Shown here piece after piece: positions 50,035-60,244 of a stretch of 64,000 nt of DNA (within the stretch, counting starts at the first letter, position 1; each line of letters opens with the position of its first letter). A program made the translations under genes and the position numbers. Source of the DNA: Amoebophrya sp. A120 (taxonomy: Eukaryota > Protista > Dinoflagellata). The stretch covers positions 455,091-519,090 of the forward strand of contig CAJINV010000003.1 in the NCBI GenBank assembly GCA_905178155.1. Reading direction: 5' to 3'. The notes under the pieces were generated by a model that did no database searches, was not told where the DNA came from, and saw only the letters and a program-made list of their open reading frames with translations.

Positions 50035-53000
50035 ATGGTAGAAGACAACGCGGAGGCAGCTCCTGCCGTCAGTGCTACCGCCGAAGAGGGGGCGGGCGGC
50101 GCTCCCAGCACGGGTAACACGCCAAGTTGTGATATTCTCGCGTCCTCCGGCGCAGATACGGACAGTGGCGACAATGCAGGAGGTATCTAAAGCAAAAAAT
50201 TAAGATTCAGTTTCCCGTAGCAACAGCAAAAATTAGGACTTACCTACCTAACAGTGAAGAGTTAAAAATCGAGATGTAGATCATGATGTGCTACTGTTCG
50301 TCCTGGCTTCTACAAGGAGAAAGACAAGAAGAAGTACGAATTTAATCGCACGGGTCGCAGTCTCATATTTTTGTTCCCTTGTGCATCAGATAGCGCAGCG
50401 TCTTGTTTTATGAAAATTCCCAGGTAGCAAATCTTCTGGCTCAGCTTCATCTGGTTCAGCCGCCAGCTCCTCCGCGAGTACGGCACCTGGTGGTGCGAAA
50501 GCGAGAGCTGTTTCTGCTTCAGCCGAGGACCCGACCACCTCGGCGACAGGCGGAAATAGCGGAGGTGCAGCTTCTGCAACGGCATTTAATACTGGCGCCG
50601 TAGCCGCGACCTCCACAGCAAATCAAAATAACGCATCAAACGGGGGGAACGGCAAGATGTACAGCGGGGCCGCGACAAATAATGCGACAAACTGGTGGCA
50701 AAACCAGAACAAGCAGGGGCAGCAGGGCCAACACGGAGTAGACGGAAGTGCACTACCTCGGACGGCCAGCCGCGGCAACACATCAAAGCAGCTGAAACAG
50801 CACAATAGCACGGGCGGCATGCTAAACAGCACGCAAAGCTGGGGGGGCCCGCAGAGTCAGCTGCAGGGCGCCTCGACGTCGAAACTTAGCCAGCACAACG
50901 GACAACAAGGTGGCTCGCAGCAGAACATGGTACAACTGCTAGTGGTGCCCAATGATTTATACAGTGACGCAAACGTCGCATTCATTATAAGTGGTCGTGG
51001 TGATCATGAAAGTGAAACTGGAACAGTTGTTTTTTCCGCATATAAAAATTTGCTTGCCCAATTTTTTTTTTCGCGTACAATTTCAATTTCTGATCACGAC
51101 AATCATTTATACAGCACAACAACTACGGTTCGTCGTCGAATTGGGGATCTTGGTTCAACGGATCGGCGAAGAGCTGGGACAATAATTGGGCTCAGCACTG
51201 GAAGGGCATGGAACAAAACGTGCAGACTACGAGCCTGTCGAAACAGGGCAGCGTGGGTGGGCAGTCCACGCAGTTCCCCGCGGCCTCCGGGGCCTCCGGA
51301 GCCACCGCAATGAACAGCAAAACCGCTAACGACAGCAAGATGACGCATATCTCCCTCGGCGCGGGCGTGGTATCAAATGTAAAAATGTCTGGGTCTGGAA
51401 GGTTGCAACTTGTGATGCTGTCTTTGGAAGGTAAAAAAAATCTGTATTGCATGACCAGCAAGAGGAGTTCAGTTTGTGCTACGCGGAGGGGGCGTTTCTC
51501 ATGCGGAATACGCATCAGAAGGCCCTTTAAAAATCTGTGATGCTCGGCCATGCATTACAGGCATCATGGGTTATGCAAAATATGCATGAAAAACCTAGTA
51601 ATCTTCCAGACCCAGACATTTTTACATTTGATACGTGGACTCGCAGAACAACGCCGGCACGACCATGGTTCTTCCGGGTGGAGAGCAGCAAGATCCATCG
51701 AGCGGAGGAGCTGCAGGTGAACAGAACAAAAATGTCGACGTCGTCAGTAGCTACTTTAATTACAACAATTTGCAGATCCAAAAACAAGGACATGGGCCGC
51801 AGCACGCCGCTGGAGGAGGTCAGAATCCGTTCTACCACGCCGCTGGAGGAGGTTCTCAAAGGGGCGGCGACATGAACATGATGTCCTGGAACAAGAAAAA
51901 AAACGAATTCACGAGCACCAACAGCAAGATGGCTATGTCCGAGCACTCCGACGCGGGCAATAATATGCGCGGTGGAAGCAAGCCCTACCACGCAGCCTCG
52001 TCTTGGGCCAACAACAATAACCGTGGTGGACCGCAGGGGATGAACCTAGCGCATGGAGGCGGGGGCTTCAACGACGGTATACGAGTAATTGCAATTCGTA
52101 TGTAATTCGCCACTGCGAGCGAACAGTCACTTTCAACACTCTCTGTCTTTTTTTTACTTTACGGTAGTGCAAGTCAAACGGCATTGCTCGTCATAGTTTT
52201 TCTTCAGAAAAAAAGGATGGCTGAAATCGCAACTACAACAAGTATACGCTCCGCCGCATTATGAATACCTGATGTAGATGAAAAACGAATATCCTACACC
52301 AGGGCAAGACGGTGCCACAGTGATAAGTGCAAGTGGCAGTGAAAATCCCAACGGGGCGTACAACATGGGAAACAACCAATACTCTATGAACAACATGGCA
52401 GCCGCGGGCGGGCAGCAGCCAAACAACAACAACCCGAAGTGGACTCGCGGAAACAAAATTCCGCAAATGGAGAGCGCCGCCATGCAACTGGCGAACTTTT
52501 CCAACAACAATCAGCGTGGGTCCGCCAATGGAAACAATACGGGGGCGCCGGGCACAGCAGGTCTTGTGGGCGGGCTGGCGCAGCAGCAGCCTCAGTTCAC
52601 CACGGCGAACAACAATGGCGTCAACAACAATCCGCAGATAAACCTGATGAGCATGCCGAGTAATGGTCCTCAAGTCCAGCAGCACCACCAGCAGCTAGGG
52701 AACAATAACATGGCGAATGCTGCCGGGGGGACCATGGGCGTTACTATGGGCGGAAGTATGAATGGTGGCAACAACATGCAGCAAATGTCGCAGCCGCAGC
52801 AGCAGATCGGCACATTGGGGACCTCCGGCATCCAGCAAATGCAGATGCAGTCGGGGGCAAACAACATGCAGATGCACCAAATGCAAATGTCTGCCGCGAC
52901 TGGAGGTGGTCCACTTTCGCAGCACCAGGGGTCTTCCGCAGTCATGAATGGAATGGCCACCGGGCAAAATACAGGCAACAACATGCAACAGCAGCAGGGC

Positions 53001-56000
53001 TACGGAACTTCGTCAACGAACTCGTCTCTGCAGCAGTCTGGGACAAGCACAAGCTCTTCGTTTTTCAGTGCGACTAGCGGAGTTGTGCCGTTTGTGCCCG
53101 GTGCAGCGCAGCACAATGCTGCGGGAAACGCGATGTCTCTCGCGCAAAAGCAGCCACAGCATCTTGGGGCAAACGCATACAATACGAGTTCTGGCGCCGC
53201 TACCAGCGCGAGCAGCTCGTCCGCAGTTGGGACCATGAGCATGAGCGCAATGGCTGGAGCAGCAGGAGCGGGCAACAACCCCGGAATGATGATGGGTGCA
53301 GCCGGCGCACCCGGGGGAATGAATATGGCCGGAGATGCGCAAATGAATATCAATCAGCAGCAGCAGCTAATGATGATGAACAATGCGAGTGGGCAGGCAC
53401 AGGGAATAAACAATGCCGCCGGAACAAATTTCGCGAATTATTCGACAGGTACTGTTTACTGAAAAATTGATCTTCATTTCGATTTCCGCACAGATTGAGA
53501 TTCATTTTTGATATTCGGTTGATATTGAGCTCGTGTTCGTCGTGATTTCGTCCTAATTTGAAAAATTAGGCACCATGGGCGGACAGCAGCAACCCCAGGA
53601 CCAGCAGCAGTTTCTGAACGCGCAGCAGCAGCAGCAGCAGCAAGTGGCGCAGCTGCTGCTCGTGAACAACCAAAACGCGATGTTGCAGCAACAGGTTATT
53701 AATAGCCCGCCGCAGCAACAGCAGGTAGCACCGCAAGTGCCGCAGCCGACCCTGACGACCCCACTCCGGTTCCAGGCACCACCCGCAAAGACCGTGCTTG
53801 CCAAGATGAACCAGGAACAGTTGTTGGAGCACGTCCGCGTCGTGCAGCGAACTGATTGGCTTTTGCACAAAGACTGGATGGCGCATTACACACTGAAATC
53901 GGGGATGGTGCCCGTGCATCCTGACCCGAACAAGGTGGGGCCATACGCGTCGTTATTGCAGTCCGGGTTTCGGTTCCGCCCCACGCCTGCTACCGCGAAC
54001 AGCAGCAGCAAGACGAATGCAGCAATAAAGTATTTCAACTGCTTGGAGCTTCTTCTGTTTTGCTTGTAGTTTCAGTTTCTTCTAGTACTTCTGTTGTCGA
54101 GGCACGTGGTCTAGTTTTCGTCTATTGCTTGGACGAGTAAAAGACTAAATGATCGTGTTGATGAAGGCGTAGCAGACGATCGTGGTTGTACCCCCAGAGG
54201 CTCGCTCTAGATATATGATTTTTCATATGCCCAGAAATTCGAAAAATAACAGTGGTGTCGCGACTGCAAGACCGGAAGGCGAGGAGCAGCCCCGGAAGGA
54301 GAGCCCACCACCTATGCTCGCGGAGGCCCAAGCCCAAGCAGGCCAACCGCAGATGCAACAGAATCCCAGCACCAGTTCTAGCTCCTCACCAACGTTCGAC
54401 TTTCTCGGTCTGAAGAAAAGCAGCTTCAGTGCGACGGTTTCCAGTACGACCTCAACCAACGCAGGCATAGGCAACCAACAACCAGTCAACGCCGGGGGTG
54501 CGCTGAACGCCACGGGAGGTGGTCAGCAGATGGGAATGGTGCAGCAGCAAGTAGTGGGTCCACCAGGTGGTGGAGGAAGTACCATGACGACTACTGGGGC
54601 GGCAGGACCTCCAGGCACGCTCACAAACATGACTCCGCAGCAGCAACAGGCGATGCAGCAAAATAACGCTGGCACGCAGTTGCAGATGGCGGGCACAGCA
54701 GCGCCTTACAGCGTGCAGCGTGTCCCGAGTCAAGGCGGAGCGCTGACGGCGCAACAGCTGCAACAGGCCCAGCAACTGCAACCGAGCCATCAGCAGTTGC
54801 TGGCCCAGCAAAACCAGCACCAGGCCCAGCAACAACAGCAGCAGCAGCAGGTGCTTCTTATGCAACAACAGCAATACGGTAGTTCCAGCGGCTCGGGGTT
54901 TTCTACTGCTGACCAGCAACAGATGCTGATGAATCAGCAGCAGCAGCAAATGATGCAGCAGCAGCAGCAGCAAATGATGCAGACCGGCACTACCGGAGCT
55001 GCTGGTGCTGGCGCTACGTCAATGGAACAACAGCAGCAGCAGTACAATATGATGATGGCTTCGAGTGGGACCATGGGAGGCCAAACAAATCAGCTCCAGC
55101 AACAACAAGGGATGATGAGTGGAGCCAATAATTACGTGGGGCATCAGCAGCAGGACCTTGGTGCTGGTAGCTCCATCGGGACGTCGGGAATGATGTACGA
55201 CGCGACTGGCGCTAGCCAGGGTCAAAATATGGCTTTCGCAACTCAGCAGCAGCAGCAGCAATACATGATGCAGCAGCAGATGCAGCAGCAGCAATTTGTC
55301 GACCAACAGTCAATGATGGCGCAAAATAATATGAGTAGTTTTGTTTCCCCAAATTTGAACAACGCCGGCCAGCAACAGCAGCAAGGCACTGTGATGGGGA
55401 TGCAGCAAATGAACATGAATCAGCAGCAGACTGGTGGCTACAACACCTCCGGCGGAAGTATGAACCCCGCCGGTGGTGCCAATTATGGCGGTCCAGTCAG
55501 TAGTGGTCAACAGCCCTCGTCTGTGATCAAAAATGGCGGAACGATGGGGAGCAGCAACCTGGGCAGCGCCCAAGCGCAGCAGCAAAACATGCAGAGCATG
55601 CTGCCGACGGGTGCAGCCGCGGCGCAACAAGGCGGCTACGGGACCATGACGCAGTACAGCGCTGCGAGTACAACCGGCAACAACATGAGCAACGGCATGG
55701 CGACGACCGCTGGTGGTGCGGCGCCGGCGCATCAGTCCCCCGCACCTTACGGCGCGATGAATCCCGGCTTGGGCGGAACGATGGGTGCTATGCATACTGC
55801 GGCTGCTGGAGGAGCAGGCAGCAACAGCATGCAAGGAGCGGGCGCAGGTAACCATGCGTCCGGTCAACAAGGACAACAGCAGCAGCACGGTCAACATCAG
55901 CAGATGTCGTGGGCGGGCAGTGCAACGTCGAATAATCAACAGTGGGGCGCCGGAAACAATCAGTCGTGGTCTTCATGGACAGGAAATGGGGGCGGCCAAA

Positions 56001-57106
56001 GCAGTGCGAACAGTCGAAACGCCGGCGGCGCGGGAAATTCGATACATGCGGCAGGCGGTGCAGCTCCTGGCAACGCGAATGCTGCTGGTGGAAAAAACAA
56101 CACCATGGCGATAAATTTGAGCAGCTACAATAGCCAGGGGAACAGTTACAACGGTAAGCAGAGAAACTGGAGCAGTACAAGCTCAAACTCCTCCTCGGGA
56201 TCGGCTTCCTCAGCTTCGTCTGCATCCGCCAGCAACATCATACAGGTCGGAGCCATGAAGAAAGGTGGGCCGATGTTGAACAATAACCAAAGCAACTACA
56301 ACGGCCAAGGTGCAACCGACTCGCAGCAGAATCTACTCGAGACCGCGGGCGGTAACAAGAAAAGCCAGACTCCGCAGGCCTCCGCTGGCGGAGAGGCAGC
56401 TGCGTTTGTTCCCAACACGAGCAACACTGGCGGCAAGAAAAGGAAAGACAGTGGAGCCAACATGCAACAATCCGCGCAACAAGGAGAGGGCGAACACAAC
56501 AACTCATCCTCTGCCCTTGAAATATCGACGGGGCAAGATGACCACCCACCACATCCCCAACCCCCCAGTACCCCTGCGAGCCGCAGTAGCGCAATGGATT
56601 CGCCGAGCCGCACCAATTCCGCGGCGAAAAGCCAGGACGGCGGGGGCGGCGACATCTATGCGGCTTTTGCGGGCGACACGCGCAAGAAGCTGCCGCTCGC
56701 GGGCTGGAGTGTCGCGGGGACGGGCACCGTGCTGAACACGGGCGCGATCTCGCTGACGGGCGCCCAACCCGGGACGCCGGCGGGCGCCGGCTCTGGAAAC
56801 AAGAAGAACGTGTCCAGCACGGCCTCGGGATCCGTGCCGTCGGATTCGGATCAAGGAGGGGTGTCCAGCGGAACCGACAGTGCCACGGCCACGGGGGGAA
56901 AAGGGCGGCCGGGATCGCCGGGCAGCCGAAAATTCTCCACCTTCAGCAACAGCCCCAAGGGGAAGGACAAATGGAAGAAGCCAAAAGGACAACTCTCCGG
57001 CGGCCAGGCCGCGGCGTCAAGCACAGCCCCTCCGGTCTCTAGCAGTGCAGCTACTTCTACTCCTTCCCCCGCGATTCCTGCTGCTTCGTCGGCAGAGGAG
57101 AAGTAG
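50035..57106 (+). CDS. Multi-exon Gln/Asn/Met/Gly-rich (prion-like) protein with one small globular motif
   Basis: ORFs 50657, 51208, 51635, 52278, 53575 and 54182 can be linked by GT-AG introns and one introner (51371-51633). The only non-low-complexity block is EQLLEHVRVVQRTDWLLHKDWMAHYTLKSGMVPVHPDPNK. Confidence 0.65.
51371..51633. mobile_element. Introner B: MITE-like intron, 31-bp perfect TIR, perfect CGTGG direct repeat
   Basis: tatcaaatgtaaaaatgtctgggtctggaag (51371-51401) is the reverse complement of 51603-51633. CGTGG occurs at 51366-51370 and 51634-51638. Removing 268 nt gives ...GAGV|DSQNNAG in frame. Confidence 0.93.
53580..55430 (+). repeat. Coding CAG/CAA (poly-Gln) microsatellite tracts
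   Basis: Several runs such as cagcagcagcagcagcagcaa near 53623, 54828, 54934-54973 and 55244-55293. Confidence 0.8.
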
Positions 57107-60100
57107 AACGGCCTTTGCATTTGCTTTTCATCATAGGGACGGGCAGAAGCACACTGCGTATGCAACTGATCGCCATGGTCCCAACGCTCGTAGTTGTTGT
57201 GCTTGAGAAGTTTTTTCAAACCAGCATCAAGATCGAAAGACATATACATCACTCAAGAAGGCAAATAATGTCGTGACCCTCGAACGAACTAAAAGACATA
57301 CCCAGAAATAACACAAAAATAGATTTGAATTTAGAATTTGTGATTGCTAAAATAAAAGCAGCGGAATATCCCTCATTTACAAGAAGCACGTGACCATCTG
57401 TATTACTTTTTAGCTACGACGAGGTGTTTAGAACTGTTACTCAATAAAGACAAATAGACAGGCACAGCTGTCCAATACTAGTAAAGTAGTTCACCGACAA
57501 ATGATTTGAGGAATTCAGGAGTCCCAACGTCATCCCCATCCTGTTGGTTTTGGAAGAGACCAGCGTCCACCTATGGTGGAGCTATACGCTTTACTCTGGC
57601 TCAGTAGCTCGTTGTAGTCGACCAGGTCGAGAGGCATCGATCGCTGCCCTTGTTGCCACCACGATTGCACACACGCTAATCCACGACGTCTGTACGGTGA
57701 TGATGTTTCAGCAGTACGGTATCTTTGCGATCGAGATATTGTTGTGGCTCAACCACCGCGGACACACCGCCAACAGGGCGTGTACCAGTTTCCGTATGAC
57801 TATGAGAACTTCATTCACCCGGTAAGAAAGCGTACTAAAACAAGATAAGTAAAAATACCGCTACTACGATGAAGGCCGCGCGTGTGGACCTTTTCAATTT
57901 CGAAGACTGGGCTTTGCTTTCAAGACCGAACAATTGATGCTAGCTTTCCAAGAAATTCAATCCACGGCGAATAATGTCTTGGAGACGAAGAAAGGAACAC
58001 ACCGCGACAAAGGCACATCTTGGAACTTTCATCTACAACTGCTCCGCCTCATTTTTCATTTCCCGTGAGGTAAGTGGCATTATCACACCCCCTCTAATTC
58101 CGATTGTAATTTGATCAACCGTGACCGTGACAAGAAAACAAAAATAAAAGCATCTTTACATCTGCAGGCGAAAACAAAAAAGCTTTTGCTTACAAGCATA
58201 CAACTATTCATCACACTAGAGCTAGAACTTCTGCAAGCGACTCTATACATTTCTGACAATCGATTATTCTAAATCTTACAGATACAAGACTGACAACAAG
58301 TATGAAACGCAGCTTCCTAGTGCCGGAAACTAGCGTGATGCAAGCACGTGCATCGAATTATCTTTGTGTGTTGCGATATGGTGTTGAAAGTAACTACATG
58401 GATGTCCTGCGACTATGTAGGTTGTACCAGGACGCTCCACCATCAAGAGAGAGCTTTGATAGCTTTCTTTTTCCTGACCGCTATCTTGCTGGTTTTGTTA
58501 AAAACAAATAGTACCACTGCCACTACCAGCCACTACATTATGAGTATCAGGTTGATACACCGGCAGGTGCGGGGACATACTTAATAGTCTTTCCAAGCGG
58601 GTACCCTCTAGCGGCCAACGTGGAATATTAGATCGTACGTAGTCTACTACCAGGACAACAGGAGTATGACCCTCATCGTCCGGCTACGTAGATTATGAAC
58701 ACCATCCGTAGAAAAAGGCGTGTTGGCAAGGCAAGAGGAGCTGTATTTCCCGTCGACAGATTTTCTTTTTCAATATCAGCACGAAGCAGTGCTTAACTAT
58801 TTGATGTATCCCACCCAGCCATGTACTCACAAAGTAGAAGGAGCCCCGATAATTGTTAACGGCTGTTGTCGAAGTTGTATATTGTATAGTTGAGGTAGAA
58901 GTTAAAAAATTTTATTTTTTACCAAATCGCAATCAGCCTTTTTGAGGACCTCCACTAGGGCAGAAGGAATCTGATGTTGATCAGGAATTTTTGCGGCAAC
59001 TAGACACTCATGTACAACTTTTGTTGACACAACTTCTATTGGTCTTCTGTGATAAACAAGACATTGTGGAGGTAGTCCTGCGCTCCTCGGTTGGTGTTTG
59101 TTTTTGCTCGCGTCGTGCCAGCAACGAAGAAAAACTTGCTGTGCCGCTCGAGTTAAGCTTAAGACACCGCCGTGAGTGCCACCGCCACTATTAGGAGGTG
59201 CGTGCCACTCGACCTATTTTGTCAGTACGATAGCAAACCTAGAACCAGAACTACGATTTCAACAAGACAACAACACAAGAAAACAGACACTGACGGAGAT
59301 TCAGATTCTGGGTCAACGGTGTGGATTTGTTTCTGCTCAGATATTGGATCGATCACACATCATTCAGAAGCTCTGTGATGATTTGAGCAGAAGAGGGTCC
59401 ATTACCAACACCGTAAAAGTATTGCAGATTCGACGAACGGCTACGAAGACAACAAAACTTTTCAAACAACGAGGGCAAAGCGCAACCTTCGAGCAGAAGG
59501 AACGTCGTGGCGAATCCGGCTGTTCTACTTCGTTAGTTTGGTAGCTAGGGGATTTTTTTCCCCGTGGGAATGAAAAACTGGTTGGGGTGAGTTGTTTTTG
59601 CGGCGAAAATGGTTGTACATAACGACACGGAGAATTGATGACATTGAGAGCAAAAAAAAACAACAAGCTGCTCACAAGAACAAGAGCAAAGTTAGAAAAC
59701 ACAAAAACGCGCCTATCTGTCGCCTTGAAATGAAATACACACAATAAATTCGTCCGCTTGCAGTTCTACTATGGCTTCACCGCGGAACTACAACAAGCTG
59801 CGACTCTGACTCACTGCCAAGTATAGTCGCTCCGCAGTTTCGGTGTGCCAGCAAGCTCGGCTACGGGGCATCGACAGCAACTTTCATAATGGTACAACAT
59901 GGGGAAAAGATGACAATATTAGCATCGAGTGACGGTTATTGCCAGACTCCGATGCCCGCCACGGCGGCGGCTATCCGGACCCCCTGTGTTTTTTCGTACA
60001 ACAAACCTGGACGGACTGCTGGTGTCTGATTGACCGCAAACTACTGCGACCCCTTCCGCGCCAAGTCACACAACTTCAACGGCCAGGTTTTTTTTTCGGC

Positions 60101-60244
60101 AACGGTGTGAGCAAAAAACCCGGCGGGCAGCCGCGGCGACCGCATTTTTTTTTCTGTGAAATGTAGACAACCTTGGAGGTTGTCTTGCGATTGGCTTTCC
60201 TGGTGAACTTCTCGGTCATCTAAGTACGTAAATCCATCGTGACC

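Noticed and set aside
59176-59544. ORF containing FQQDN, reminiscent of the Tc1/mariner DDE motif and so a possible transposase for the introners
   Set aside because: There is no downstream WPxxSPDLNPIE motif or upstream DE motif, no TIRs, and the ORF is short, so this is probably chance.
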